64,000 nt of DNA. Origin: a virus. Below the pieces are notes generated by a model. That model saw only the letters and a program-made list of their open reading frames with translations, ran no database searches and had not been told where the DNA came from. Shown here in pieces: positions 18,964 to 29,159 of this stretch (positions within the stretch are counted from its first letter, which is position 1; the number at the start of each line of letters is the position of its first letter). The position numbers and the translations under genes were made by a program. The stretch spans positions 32,001 through 96,000 of IMG/VR virus record IMGVR_UViG_3300045988_087149. One strand, 5' to 3'.

Positions 18964-19584
18964 TCAACCAAATGGATTCTCGTCAGAATCATCCCAAGGA
19001 TTTTCTGATTCAGCAGGAGTCGATGTATCAGTAGGAGTAGTATTGAACACATCGCCAAAATCAGGAATTGGGTCATTAGCAGGAGCAGTTGTAGTCTTGG
19101 TGGTGGTTAGCTCCTTGAGCGCGGGAATTTCATATTCGCCCTTTTCAATAGTTTCAACAGAGCGAACAGCCGCGACATAGTTACGGACACGAACCTGACC
19201 CTTCTGATTCTGATACTGCTCATCTGCAATGATTAGACCAACGACCTTATTAACAAGCGTCTTTTCGTCAAAATCCCACTTATAGCCCTTATTGGACTTC
19301 TCAACTGCGTTTGTAAAGCCCTTGAACATAGATGCTGCAGAATCCTTATAAGAACGGATGAATGTACCAGCATTGGGCCACTTGCGTTCCTTACGTGTAT
19401 CACCGTCATACTGCTTCTTGAAATAGCCCTTATCGTCGCCCTTTACGATGTCAAAATAAATCTTTAGATATTCTTTCTCAGGATGATCTTCTACCTTGAG
19501 AATCTTAGCAATATAGCCATTTGGCGTTAGACGCTTAAAAGATGTGCTTTCAACGATAGAGTCCCAATTTTCAATTCTTTTCAA
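18964..19584 (-). CDS. DUF669-like phage protein, probable ssDNA-binding partner of the Sak4-like ATPase
   Basis: 206 aa. The acidic C-terminal tip ...WDDSDENPFG resembles SSB tails. Family call is from memory and from synteny with the ATPase gene. Confidence 0.55.
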   Translation of the reverse strand: MKRIENWDSIVESTSFKRLTPNGYIAKILKVEDHPEKEYLKIYFDIVKGDDKGYFKKQYDGDTRKERKWPNAGTFIRSYKDSAASMFKGFTNAVEKSNKGYKWDFDEKTLVNKVVGLIIADEQYQNQKGQVRVRNYVAAVRSVETIEKGEYEIPALKELTTTKTTTAPANDPIPDFGDVFNTTPTDTSTPAESENPWDDSDENPFG

Positions 19585-19594
19585 TTTGATTACC

Positions 19595-20164
19595 TCACTT
19601 TAATGTTTTTGTGTTAAATGCTTTTTCTATAGGCCATTTATATGCCTTTATTCTAGCTCTTAAAGTTGTATATTTTATACCTAATTCAGTTGCCCAATCA
19701 GATAATATTTGAGATTTCCCATTGTATTCATATAATTCTTCTTCATTATATGTGATAGCTTTTGCAACATCCCAACCATATTTATTTATACGTGCCCAAG
19801 ATGTTGCTGAAGGAACTCCATAAATTTCTTCCCACTCTTTTAATGTTTTTTCTTCGCCATTATATTTATATCTTACGTTATTTCGTCTATTTCTACATTG
19901 TTCAGTCAATGTTATCCACCTACAATTAGCTGGGCAATATCCTCCATTCGTATCAATTCTATCTAATGTCAAATCATCATTATATCCAGCACTGATTGCC
20001 CAATTATAGAAATTTTCGAATGAATCCTTCCATTCCTCACACATTGTTATACCACGTTTGCCATAATATTTATAATTATCATTGCCAACGTAATAACATC
20101 TTGTCTTAACATCACTCCAAATTCGATATATTCTCGTATTTGACATATTATGAGTTTTGTGCAT
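19595..20164 (-). CDS. free-standing HNH-family homing-endonuclease-like protein
   Basis: IYRIWSDVKTRCYY...YYGKRGITMCEEW...LTLDRIDTNGGYCPANCRWIT..EQ is the pattern typical of phage HNH endonucleases. Start set to ATG 20164 (GGGAG upstream) rather than the track TTG at 20173. Confidence 0.7.
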   Translation of the reverse strand: MHKTHNMSNTRIYRIWSDVKTRCYYVGNDNYKYYGKRGITMCEEWKDSFENFYNWAISAGYNDDLTLDRIDTNGGYCPANCRWITLTEQCRNRRNNVRYKYNGEEKTLKEWEEIYGVPSATSWARINKYGWDVAKAITYNEEELYEYNGKSQILSDWATELGIKYTTLRARIKAYKWPIEKAFNTKTLK

Positions 20165-20266
20165 CTTTATCAATCTCCCTATATAAGATTTATTTAGAGT
20201 AGAGGGTTGATATAGGCAACCCCCTCAAACTAAGCCAGTTTGCAACCCAGCTTTGACCTCTATTAT

Positions 20267-20295
20267 ATTATATCACATTACCATATATTTGTCAA
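20267..20295 (-). promoter_or_regulatory. sigma-A-type promoter (leftward)
   Basis: cTTGACAAAT (20295-20290), 17 bp, TATAAT (20272-20267), with an AAAAATAAT upstream tract. Confidence 0.7.
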
Positions 20296-20304
20296 GTATT
20301 ATTT

Positions 20305-20934
20305 TTAATAATCCTTCAATGCGTCAATTACCAACATCACATCGTTTGGAATTTCGTCTGTATCAAACGCACCCTTTGGTGTTTTTGCAGTAGAATTTTT
20401 TGCACGTGTTTCAAACACATATTTACCATCTTCAGCCTTTGCAAGTAGTACAGTAGTCATCTTGCTTTCAAGACAAATCTTATTGAGCTTGCGCCCATTG
20501 GTGAGCATACAAGTAAAGCCATCATCACTGGTCTGAGTATGACCAATAAGAATCACAGTCAAATCATCTCGCATCTTATTCGCATAATCCACAATATTAT
20601 AGACACTTGTTGCAAGATCAAGCCACTTGTCATAACCCTTATCCTTACTACGTCTAAACTCATCTGCTACCATGCAGCCATTTAGCGTGTCAATTACAAG
20701 ATACTTAATCTGCTTCTGCTTATCATTGATTTGCTGCATCAGACTATAAATGGAATTAGGGTCATCACAGACAAAATAATTCTTATTTGCTTTATTGTAC
20801 TGATTTCGCCATCCCTTCCAGCTTAGTCCCTTACCATCTGCATCAATGTAGAATGTCAACTTTGGGTCAAGATGCTCTAAGCTAGTTGTCTTACCAGAAC
20901 CGCTTGGCCCAATAATCATAATTGCTTTACTCAT
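20305..20934 (-). CDS. Sak4-like / RecA-fold AAA ATPase
   Basis: 209 aa, with Walker A IIGPSGSGKTT at the N-terminus. A single-domain ATPase upstream of a DUF669-type gene. Confidence 0.7.
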   Translation of the reverse strand: MSKAIMIIGPSGSGKTTSLEHLDPKLTFYIDADGKGLSWKGWRNQYNKANKNYFVCDDPNSIYSLMQQINDKQKQIKYLVIDTLNGCMVADEFRRSKDKGYDKWLDLATSVYNIVDYANKMRDDLTVILIGHTQTSDDGFTCMLTNGRKLNKICLESKMTTVLLAKAEDGKYVFETRAKNSTAKTPKGAFDTDEIPNDVMLVIDALKDY

Positions 20935-20958
20935 TTACTTACTTAATCCTCCTTAATC

Positions 20959-21291
20959 TCATTCAATTTCTTTCAGCCAAAAATCACGCTTACATTTATC
21001 ACAATTTCTTTCGCTTCTGACACACTCTGCAACAGCCTTTGTGTCTGCTTGAGATGGGCAGATGACAAGAGTACCATTATACCCAACAGACGCATTAGGA
21101 AACATCTTCAAAAATTCACTCTGTCTTGTTTTGACAGGATGTTCTTTTGCCCATTGCTCTACAATGGGAACCATCTGTGATATTTTTATAAGAGATGCAC
21201 ACCCCATAACTTTATTTGCGAGACATTTATCACAGCTGCCATAATAACTACACATTCTTTCACGTTGCTTTACATATTCAACAGCATCCAT
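20959..21291 (-). CDS. Cys-rich hypothetical protein (110 aa)
   Basis: Track ORF with AAGGAGG upstream. Confidence 0.55.
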   Translation of the reverse strand: MDAVEYVKQRERMCSYYGSCDKCLANKVMGCASLIKISQMVPIVEQWAKEHPVKTRQSEFLKMFPNASVGYNGTLVICPSQADTKAVAECVRSERNCDKCKRDFWLKEIE

Positions 21292-21294
21292 TAT

Positions 21295-21507
21295 TTACAC
21301 CTCCTTGGGATTACCAAATATTCCACAACAAAAATCTTCATAATCTTTTACAACAGCATCCGCCACATCATTCCAAAATTTGATAAGATATTCAGATGAT
21401 TCATTTGGGAAATACAATAGCAGCGTATTTACAACATTATTCCCAGCTGTGAGCCTACCTTGAATCCCATCGAGCAATTTTTCTCGTTTTACTCCAACTT
21501 CTTCCAT
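21295..21507 (-). CDS. hypothetical phage protein (about 70 aa)
   Basis: Start moved to ATG 21507 (MEEVGVK), which has GGAG 8 nt upstream. The track start at 21546 would overlap dnaE by 58 nt. Confidence 0.45.
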   Translation of the reverse strand: MEEVGVKREKLLDGIQGRLTAGNNVVNTLLLYFPNESSEYLIKFWNDVADAVVKDYEDFCCGIFGNPKEV

Positions 21508-24500
21508 ACTTTCATCTCCTGATACGTTTCTGATAATGTTACCCATTCACCATTTTCATCCTTCTTCATTTTATTTTTTTCTTGCAATACCACCCTTGCT
21601 ACATCACCTTTTGATAATTGATGATTCGTCCAGAATTTCTTATTGACTCTATATGTGCGTTCTGCGCCATAACATAGGTTATATAGTGTACAATAAACCG
21701 TACCATATCCTGTTGTCTTTACATCTAGCACTAGCCAATCATTAGGGTCTGAATTTGGGTCATTTACCGTACAATATCCTAGATACTCAAGCTGCCATTT
21801 AATGCGATCAACAATAGTAGCTGGCTTAATATTAGCTTGCTTAATTAAAGCCGTTATCAATGCTTTATTGTCAATCTCTCTAAATTGCTTCTCGGTTTCT
21901 TTACCACAACACGGCCTAATTGCATCTATCATTATATCATCAAATGATGATTTTGTCAATACCTTTGCTGAAATATATTTTTGATAAATCTCATATTCAG
22001 TAATGAGCCGATTTGGTTGAGCAAATTTATCAAAATATCCAAGGCAAAATAGGATTTCAATGGCTTTCTTGTTGATTCTAGGGTCGTCCATAAGTGCTTG
22101 GTATAGAGCAGCGCGATTCTTTATATCAGACTTTCCAAGCTCATATAGTGCCTCTGGTGCGCTCTTAGGCATATCCTTGATAGATGCCATAGTCTGTACA
22201 ATACAGTTGTTAGCACGGTCTATATTGAACGCTCTGTTGTCATCTCCAAATTGAATATCCTTGAGCTTATAGCCGCGCTTTAACATTTCCTGCTTAATGA
22301 GCGCAACCTTATCTTTTTCGCCCTTATCGGTAAATCGCTGGAGTACGCACTTATAAAATTCAAGTGGATAATGCGCCTTGAGATAAGCAATCGTTACACT
22401 ATCAATAGCCATACAATAAGCATGGGCTGAATTGAAGCCATATGCGGCGCTATTCTCAATGATTGTCCATACCTTATCAGCAAGCTCATGTGCCTTGTTA
22501 TCATCATCCGTCTCGCCCGTATCAAGAATAGCTTGAGCAAAATTCTTGATAAATTTAGGCTTTGCGTCTTTGATGATATAATCCTTTTTCTTGCTGATTG
22601 CCTTGATAATAGTATATGTTTCAGACATAGGGAAGCCAGCAAAGCCAAGGACTTTCATTAGAGATTCCTGATATAGAATGAATGACGATGAACAGTATTC
22701 GTCTTGAAGCAAGTCATCAAGCGCCTTGATGCCATAATCAAAATGCTGCCGTTGCTCAAATGTCTGATACATAGATTGGAAAGACGGCCTGATTGCAGCT
22801 ATGAACTGGGTCAACTCAGCAATATTCTTTGGCTTATATCGCATTACTTTTTGAGTTGACTTTGGCTGTTCACACTGATTGACGCATTGTGTATAACCAT
22901 CGGCGTAAATCTGCCATGTTGCATCATCATGTGCAATTTTTTCAAGAAGCTGGTTGACAGTGAACGGCTCGATTCCAGCCTCTTTATAAATATCATATGT
23001 CAAGCCGATTGAATCAACAATAAGATAATCTTGCTTGAGATAGCCAAAAGCATCAATCGTGCCTGATTCGATATTAGCTACAAGCACCTCTTTACCGGTT
23101 GCTTCGGATTTGCACAGGCTGATGCCAATATCAGATTCAATGTCTCCCTCATAGCATAAGCATCCACAGGGATGACCCTTTGCAGTATCATAAATGCCTA
23201 GATATTTCTTACATCCATCTACAAGCTCTTGATATTTCGGCTCGATATATTTATGAATATCAACCGTTTCACCATCTTCAGCGTGTTTCTTGGCTGTTTC
23301 ATAGCGGTCAATCTGCTTACTTACTTCATTGGCTGTATCAGGCTTGACATTATATGCTCTTGCATACATCTTCCATGCGGCCTTGAATTTAAGTGTACCA
23401 AGAGCCAATAGGTCATATGTACCAAGTTCGCCTACTAGGTCGCGCTGTGCTTGAATGAATGGCTGACGGTCACTGACGTTGTTATCAATATCAGGCGGCG
23501 TATGGCTATCTAAGACGCGCTCTTTAGTCAAAAATCGTTCTGAATACATAAGGACGGTGCTATTGACCTTATCAACCTTAGTAAGCCTCAAGAGCTTATT
23601 GAGATACATAGAGACAGCAGAGCCACGCCCTGATGGGGTCAAGATACCGCCATATTTCTCTTGTCCGCGCTTCATTACCATATATGACAAGATGAAATAA
23701 TCCGCCATATTACAAGCCTCTATCTCACCTATATCATGCTTGATCTCTTGATAATACTGTTGCAGTTTATCCTTGTTAATATCGGCTTTTTGCAAGAACC
23801 ATTCATCTTTAAGAATCTGCTCAAAGATATGATTACGTTCTTCTTGTGTCTTATTACGCAGCTCTTTTATAACAGGCACTTTCAATGAGCGGTCGAGCTT
23901 TATGTCCTCAAATTCAAACAGCACATTGGTATTATTGATAGCGGCTTTAATCTGACTGTCTGTCAATACGCCTTGTTGCTTAAATCGCTCAAATAGCACA
24001 TCATATGTTGGATAGTCCATATACCATCCATCTTCATCTTCATAATGGATATTACCTGATTTGAGCAATTCATCTCTATCAAGCATTTGTGATTCAGTGA
24101 TAACATGACTATCACAACCGGCAATGATCGGTATGCCATAAAATTTAGGTAATAGCAAATGCTCATTTAATTGTTTCTGCGCTAATGTATCATGAGCTTG
24201 CACTTCAAGATAGAAGTGCGGGAACTTATGTGCCAACTGAATAACAATATCGTCTATGTCATCGTATTTATTCCAGAAGGCGATGCAAGCCGTTGTAATC
24301 ATCACATCATCTATTGGCAACTGGTCAATCAATTCAAGGTCGATACGAGGACGCGCATAATATCCATCCTTGTTTGCAATAGATAGAATTTTATTGATTG
24401 CTTTACGTCCTTTATCAGTTCGCGCTAATAACACAATATGACAGTTGCTTCTATCAGATTCATGTCGGTCTTTTACCCAGTATGCTTCAGCGCCATATAT

Positions 24501-24731
24501 CCATCTAATATTTGTGCCGTTCTTCTTATTAAATTTTTCTAGGTCATCATATTGTTTGAAATAATTACCAGCCCATCCATGCTCTACTGTAGTATAGATA
24601 CACGGTTTATCACCATATCGTGCTTTTAGCTCATTCCAATAATCTATTGGCAAAAGCGGGCTGTCTTTTAACCATTTATTACTTAGAGATGTATGCTTAT
24701 GGTAATTTACCCAAATTGGTTCATTCATCAC
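21489..24731 (-). CDS. dnaE: DNA polymerase III alpha subunit (DnaE-type, PHP domain)
   Basis: 1080 aa. N-terminal PHP motif WVNYHKHTSLS. Overall size and layout match the Pol IIIA family. Confidence 0.9.
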   Translation of the reverse strand: MMNEPIWVNYHKHTSLSNKWLKDSPLLPIDYWNELKARYGDKPCIYTTVEHGWAGNYFKQYDDLEKFNKKNGTNIRWIYGAEAYWVKDRHESDRSNCHIVLLARTDKGRKAINKILSIANKDGYYARPRIDLELIDQLPIDDVMITTACIAFWNKYDDIDDIVIQLAHKFPHFYLEVQAHDTLAQKQLNEHLLLPKFYGIPIIAGCDSHVITESQMLDRDELLKSGNIHYEDEDGWYMDYPTYDVLFERFKQQGVLTDSQIKAAINNTNVLFEFEDIKLDRSLKVPVIKELRNKTQEERNHIFEQILKDEWFLQKADINKDKLQQYYQEIKHDIGEIEACNMADYFILSYMVMKRGQEKYGGILTPSGRGSAVSMYLNKLLRLTKVDKVNSTVLMYSERFLTKERVLDSHTPPDIDNNVSDRQPFIQAQRDLVGELGTYDLLALGTLKFKAAWKMYARAYNVKPDTANEVSKQIDRYETAKKHAEDGETVDIHKYIEPKYQELVDGCKKYLGIYDTAKGHPCGCLCYEGDIESDIGISLCKSEATGKEVLVANIESGTIDAFGYLKQDYLIVDSIGLTYDIYKEAGIEPFTVNQLLEKIAHDDATWQIYADGYTQCVNQCEQPKSTQKVMRYKPKNIAELTQFIAAIRPSFQSMYQTFEQRQHFDYGIKALDDLLQDEYCSSSFILYQESLMKVLGFAGFPMSETYTIIKAISKKKDYIIKDAKPKFIKNFAQAILDTGETDDDNKAHELADKVWTIIENSAAYGFNSAHAYCMAIDSVTIAYLKAHYPLEFYKCVLQRFTDKGEKDKVALIKQEMLKRGYKLKDIQFGDDNRAFNIDRANNCIVQTMASIKDMPKSAPEALYELGKSDIKNRAALYQALMDDPRINKKAIEILFCLGYFDKFAQPNRLITEYEIYQKYISAKVLTKSSFDDIMIDAIRPCCGKETEKQFREIDNKALITALIKQANIKPATIVDRIKWQLEYLGYCTVNDPNSDPNDWLVLDVKTTGYGTVYCTLYNLCYGAERTYRVNKKFWTNHQLSKGDVARVVLQEKNKMKKDENGEWVTLSETYQEMKVWKKLE

Positions 24732-25066
24732 TTCATCAACTCAAATACATCTTCTTTTTCTTCATACTGAACAATCTGTCCAAGATAATATTCAACCTCA
24801 TCATTACAAGTATCAAGCCAGCATACAATGATTTTACCTGTATCATTGGATTCTTCGCGGCTTGTCATGGTAATAATATATTCTCCATAATCTCTGTGGT
24901 GTACTTCAAGCCGCATTTTTCCTCCAAATAGCATATCATCAGCAGAGCCTCTAATAGCATCCATTGTTGGAATCTTACTCTTAATCTCAACCTGAAATAC
25001 ACCGGCTTCATTCTTGAACTTGATGATGTCTCTAATTTTGTATTCCATCTTTTTATTACTCCTCAT
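24728..25066 (-). CDS. hypothetical phage protein (112 aa)
   Basis: Track ORF with overlapping stop/start junctions at both ends. Confidence 0.55.
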   Translation of the reverse strand: MRSNKKMEYKIRDIIKFKNEAGVFQVEIKSKIPTMDAIRGSADDMLFGGKMRLEVHHRDYGEYIITMTSREESNDTGKIIVCWLDTCNDEVEYYLGQIVQYEEKEDVFELMK

Positions 25067-25601
25067 ATTTCTTTTTTAATCTATCAAGTTCCGCTAATTC
25101 CTTCTGTTTTAACGTTTCTGCTTTTCTCGCAGCTTCTCTTGCTCTTTGTGGCGCAGCAAGCATCCAATTAAATTCTTTCTGTGCGTTTTTGGCTGTTTCG
25201 CGCATCTCAAGGTACTGATATAACAAATCTTGGGCAATTTTTTCTGCCTTCTTACGATCAAATCTGTCCTGATTTACCGTTACTTTAATCCATTGCCACC
25301 AACCACCACAATCAATGTAGTTTGACTGGACATCTCCAGAATATACAGAATATCTATCAGGCTCATTCATCATGTCCCACGAGCCATTGTTATACCTGAA
25401 CATGACTTCATGGCTGTATAGAGGATGAACATCCGAGACGTCATCTTTTCCGTCAAAACAATTTACAGGTAAAACATATGGTTCATAGTGTTTATCTTTT
25501 TTTAAGATGCACCATTTTTCTGCCTCGTCCTTATTCGTGAAATAACCTAAAATATCCCAATCACTATAATATCCTTGAACTACCAAATAAATTTCGGGCA
25601 T
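25056..25601 (-). CDS. hypothetical phage protein (181 aa)
   Basis: Track ORF with AGGAGG upstream. Confidence 0.6.
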   Translation of the reverse strand: MPEIYLVVQGYYSDWDILGYFTNKDEAEKWCILKKDKHYEPYVLPVNCFDGKDDVSDVHPLYSHEVMFRYNNGSWDMMNEPDRYSVYSGDVQSNYIDCGGWWQWIKVTVNQDRFDRKKAEKIAQDLLYQYLEMRETAKNAQKEFNWMLAAPQRAREAARKAETLKQKELAELDRLKKKYEE

Positions 25602-25616
25602 ATTTTTTATTCCTCC

Positions 25617-25877
25617 TTATTCTACTTCCGTACACATCCCAATACATTGTGGTGTTTCATTATATGTTTTGCCATCAAATGTATCGGTGCAAATATAATA
25701 CGTCGGACACCATCCAATACGATTATCATCACATAGATATTTGATACTTAAATCGAATTTATGAATACCCCATTCTCTTGCGACATACTCAAACACGTCT
25801 GTCAATGAATCAAATTCGCGACATTCTTTCATTGATTCTTTAAGTGTGCCTCTATGTGGTCGATATTTCCAAGGCAT
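25617..25877 (-). CDS. hypothetical phage protein (86 aa)
   Basis: Track ORF with AGGAGG upstream. Confidence 0.55.
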   Translation of the reverse strand: MPWKYRPHRGTLKESMKECREFDSLTDVFEYVAREWGIHKFDLSIKYLCDDNRIGWCPTYYICTDTFDGKTYNETPQCIGMCTEVE

Positions 25878-25892
25878 CTTTTTTATTCCTCC

Positions 25893-26534
25893 TTATTTAT
25901 GATACACCGGACATACACACCCATCACCATTTTCAGCCTTCAAATAAATGGGGCTGATTCTATTTGCTGCATACGCCTTACAATCAGGCAGACATTCCAT
26001 AGCATTAAGTAGATACTGCGGATTGACCCAAAAATCCAATTCATCATCAAGCAGGTAATCTTCTACTTTCTTAGGATTATTCTTTTCCTTGATTTTATGC
26101 GTCTTGATATAGACCTTTAATTTGTCAATATCAGGCAGGGTAATTTCCTTAGAGTCGTATATTGGTCTAACAATCTGCTCGAGCTGCATTTCCTGTCCAT
26201 GCCATTTTTCATCAATCTCAGGCAGAAGCAACTTTTTATTGAATCTAATAGCTACAAAGCCATCACATACACAATACAGCGTTGAGCCATCTTTTGTCTG
26301 ATTGGTAAACATGCCAATCAACACCTCTTTACCAGTGGATTCAGCGTTCTTGATAATGCGATTCGCCGCAGTCATAATCGACTTAGTACCGGATTTCTTT
26401 GACTGCTCAACAAGCATATCGGCTTCAAGTTGCTTCAGTGTGGTATCCATATCCTTAGCAACTAAATACAGTCCGGCAGTATCGCATGAATCGCGCCATC
26501 CTTTGATAATATCGTACAGTTTTTCAGTAGTCAT
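25893..26534 (-). CDS. hypothetical phage protein (213 aa)
   Basis: Track ORF; tightly packed. Confidence 0.6.
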   Translation of the reverse strand: MTTEKLYDIIKGWRDSCDTAGLYLVAKDMDTTLKQLEADMLVEQSKKSGTKSIMTAANRIIKNAESTGKEVLIGMFTNQTKDGSTLYCVCDGFVAIRFNKKLLLPEIDEKWHGQEMQLEQIVRPIYDSKEITLPDIDKLKVYIKTHKIKEKNNPKKVEDYLLDDELDFWVNPQYLLNAMECLPDCKAYAANRISPIYLKAENGDGCVCPVYHK

Positions 26535-26536
26535 AA

Positions 26537-26722
26537 TTACTTGCCTTTCACCTTTTTGTCAGTTCTAAAATCTACTGCTCTATTATTAGGGTCAAAATCC
26601 TGTGATGGTTTAGGCATGATTTCATCTATTATATCATTAAACCATTTATAGCTATGCAATCTGTTCCATAAATCTTCAAATTGTTCTTCTGTAAGAATTG
26701 GTAGTTTGAATTTTTCATCCAT
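26537..26722 (-). CDS. hypothetical phage protein (61 aa)
   Basis: Track ORF; tightly packed. Confidence 0.5.
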   Translation of the reverse strand: MDEKFKLPILTEEQFEDLWNRLHSYKWFNDIIDEIMPKPSQDFDPNNRAVDFRTDKKVKGK

Positions 26723-26728
26723 AATTAT

Positions 26729-27034
26729 TTACTCTCTATAATCATCATAAATTTCAAGCACACAATGCTTCTCGTCTCTCCACTTTCTTGGTGGAGCAAT
26801 TATAACTTCATGTCCAGTTTCATCAATCAATTCTTTTAGTTTAGCCATAGATGAAATATCAATATATGTAATATCCCATTCGCTATTATTGATCTTATTC
26901 CGTACTCGGGTCATATACATCTTATACTTTTCATCCCCAAGACAAGGATACTTTGTAATTGCCCCAGCATAAGATGGATAACCAATCGATGTGATGTTTA
27001 AACAAAATTTCATAACAACAACCGCCCCTTTCAT
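26729..27034 (-). CDS. hypothetical phage protein (101 aa; start 27034 or 27013)
   Basis: First ORF after promoter 27046-27074. The first ATG lies almost at the predicted transcription start site. Confidence 0.55.
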   Translation of the reverse strand: MKGAVVVMKFCLNITSIGYPSYAGAITKYPCLGDEKYKMYMTRVRNKINNSEWDITYIDISSMAKLKELIDETGHEVIIAPPRKWRDEKHCVLEIYDDYRE

Positions 27035-27045
27035 TTGATACTTGG

Positions 27046-27074
27046 ATTATATCATAGATTGGAGCGGTTGTCAA
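27046..27074 (-). promoter_or_regulatory. sigma-A-type promoter (leftward)
   Basis: cTTGACA (27074-27069), 17 bp, TATAAT (27051-27046). Confidence 0.7.
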
Positions 27075-27084
27075 GATGGTTTAT

Positions 27085-27243
27085 TTAATTTTTCTTTTTT
27101 TCTGGTTCTGTTTTATTGATAGTCCAATATCGTTGGTTTAATATCGGTTCTGTAGTTGTTGTTCCTCTTAAAGAATAGCAATGATAACAATCGCCATCAC
27201 AATAAGCCCATCCTTCTCCGCATTTTCTCATCTGTATATCCAT
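27085..27243 (-). CDS. Cys-rich small protein (about 52 aa)
   Basis: CGEGWAYCDGDCYHC. Start set at ATG 27243, which overlaps the upstream TGA (TGATG). Confidence 0.4.
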   Translation of the reverse strand: MDIQMRKCGEGWAYCDGDCYHCYSLRGTTTTEPILNQRYWTINKTEPEKKKN

Positions 27244-28643
27244 CAGAACCATACCTTCTGATCTTGCTGAGTACATATAACCCTGCTTGATTTACCTTTT
27301 TTGATTAGATCGTCTTGTAGGGTATTGACAAATTCTACTTTGCTTGAAAATTCACTATGTACTAAGCACAATTTATCATAATTTATATTCTGATAATATT
27401 TCATTAGTTGGTTATAATTAGCATGAGATGAAAATGTATTTAAGCAATATATCTGAGCATTGTTCTGAATCAGCTCACCATCCAGCATGATTTCTTTTGC
27501 GCCATGCTTAATTTCATATGCAAGCGTATTAGGGCTAGCATATCCAGAGAATAGCACAGCATTGCGGCTATTAGGCAGGATGTATTTGAGATGCGCTAAA
27601 GCCCGTCCGGCATTAAGCATACCGCTACTAGCCACTATGATGGCTTGTTCATTTGATTGCTGAATAGCTTGGCTTTCTTCCCATGATTCAATTAGCCGCA
27701 AGTTGAGCTTATCTTCATAATCTAACTGATCTGACCATGCTCTATATATGCGGCAAGCAAGTGGCGAATCAAGATAAACAGGAATCATCTGCCCGTCAAT
27801 CTTGTGCTCTGTGGCTCGTGTACGCCATAGAACATCAAGAATATCCTCTACACGCTGTAAGCTAAAAGTTGGCATCAATATGCGATTATATTGGAATATA
27901 GCCGCATTGATAATCTGCTCATCATACCAGCGGTCTTTCTTCATGCTATAACATCTAGTCGGGTCACTATATGTACATTCACCAACCACCACGTTACATC
28001 TTGGCAATGGCTCGATTGGTGGTACAGATACGCTCTTAGCCTCTGTATTGAAATCACCTGTAAAGCCAATTCGCTTGATACTATAACCCTGTTTGATTTC
28101 CAACACAGCTTGAGCTGAATGGATGATATGACCGGCATGATAATATGTCAACTTTGCACCGCCTACAATGGTCGTAGGAACGCCAAACGGCACTTCAACA
28201 AGCCATTGCATTACCTTATCAATATCGGCCTCAGTAGCCAATGGCGGCGCTTTGATACCATGCTTATTCTGCATCTTTAGGCTATCCTGCGCCATAATTT
28301 TAATGCAATCATCCATCATTATCTTGAAGATAGGGATTGAGCCTTGAGGGATATAGATATAGGCTTGCATACCCATAGCAACAGCAGCAAGTAACCCAAG
28401 ACAATGATCGGTGTGTAGGTGGGTAATGACAACACCATGTACCGTCTTTGGCTTGATTTTCTTCATCTGGTCACGATTGGCGCGATAATCAGCCACTAGA
28501 TTATTAGTCTGAATTAGACCCATATCAACCGCTAATTTGATATTGTCGAATCGAACAATCGTACATGAACCAGTTACAGATGCGGCATTACCACCAATAA
28601 AATGCAAATATGGCTTGGATGTACCAGATGATTTAGCTGGCAT
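27243..28643 (-). CDS. metallo-beta-lactamase-fold nuclease (beta-CASP / RNase J-like)
   Basis: HxHxDH motif VITHLHTDHCLG and a long beta-CASP-sized C-terminal region. Start set to ATG 28643, because the track ATG is part of the SD (ATGAGGAGG). Confidence 0.75.
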   Translation of the reverse strand: MPAKSSGTSKPYLHFIGGNAASVTGSCTIVRFDNIKLAVDMGLIQTNNLVADYRANRDQMKKIKPKTVHGVVITHLHTDHCLGLLAAVAMGMQAYIYIPQGSIPIFKIMMDDCIKIMAQDSLKMQNKHGIKAPPLATEADIDKVMQWLVEVPFGVPTTIVGGAKLTYYHAGHIIHSAQAVLEIKQGYSIKRIGFTGDFNTEAKSVSVPPIEPLPRCNVVVGECTYSDPTRCYSMKKDRWYDEQIINAAIFQYNRILMPTFSLQRVEDILDVLWRTRATEHKIDGQMIPVYLDSPLACRIYRAWSDQLDYEDKLNLRLIESWEESQAIQQSNEQAIIVASSGMLNAGRALAHLKYILPNSRNAVLFSGYASPNTLAYEIKHGAKEIMLDGELIQNNAQIYCLNTFSSHANYNQLMKYYQNINYDKLCLVHSEFSSKVEFVNTLQDDLIKKGKSSRVICTQQDQKVWF

Positions 28644-28956
28644 TAGTAGCCTCCTCATCCTTTTTACCAGTTTGCATATACGCCCATGCTACTACATCAT
28701 CCCAATCACCCAGATTATCGAGATAATATGAGCTATATCCATCATATCCATCATCTAGCATACAAGTATCTTGCGATACATCACCACTTTTACCCAATAC
28801 TAGAATCTCTCTATTCTCATCTGGCAATTCACAGCTAAACATATAAAGAGGATATTCATATTCGGCCAAACCATCTTCAGCAAATCCTTCAATTTCTTCC
28901 TCAGTAGGTGGTCTAATCACAACCTTATGCCATACAATTTTTTCAATCCATTCCAT
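28633..28956 (-). CDS. hypothetical protein, DUF551-like (107 aa)
   Basis: MEWIEKIVWHKV... pattern; track ORF. Confidence 0.55.
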   Translation of the reverse strand: MEWIEKIVWHKVVIRPPTEEEIEGFAEDGLAEYEYPLYMFSCELPDENREILVLGKSGDVSQDTCMLDDGYDGYSSYYLDNLGDWDDVVAWAYMQTGKKDEEATNAS

Positions 28957-29159
28957 TAAGCCGACTCATCATCCTTCCTCATCTTTAGTACATTTCTCAG
29001 CACACAATCCATACAATTCAAATCTGCACCATTCCACATTTTATCTCTCTGTGCTGTCATGCGGGGGTCAATTTTTACATATTTATCACAATCAGATTGA
29101 TAATCACAGCGATTACAAGGAATTTCCCAGACATGGGATGGGCGTTTACTCATAATCAT
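28956..29159 (-). CDS. Cys-rich small protein (67 aa)
   Basis: Start moved to ATG 29159 (MIMSKRPSHVWEIPCNRCDY...). The longer track ORF would overlap the neighbour by about 120 nt. Confidence 0.5.
   Translation of the reverse strand: MIMSKRPSHVWEIPCNRCDYQSDCDKYVKIDPRMTAQRDKMWNGADLNCMDCVLRNVLKMRKDDESA

Noticed and set aside
28110-28160. Internal TTGACA-17-TATCAT on the minus strand inside the MBL-nuclease gene. Several other isolated TTGACA hexamers inside genes (for example about 12137, 13044, 20830, 23955) were also noted.
   Set aside because: They lie within coding sequence. They lack the conserved flanking context of the intergenic promoters, and most lack a -10 box. I cannot distinguish them from chance.
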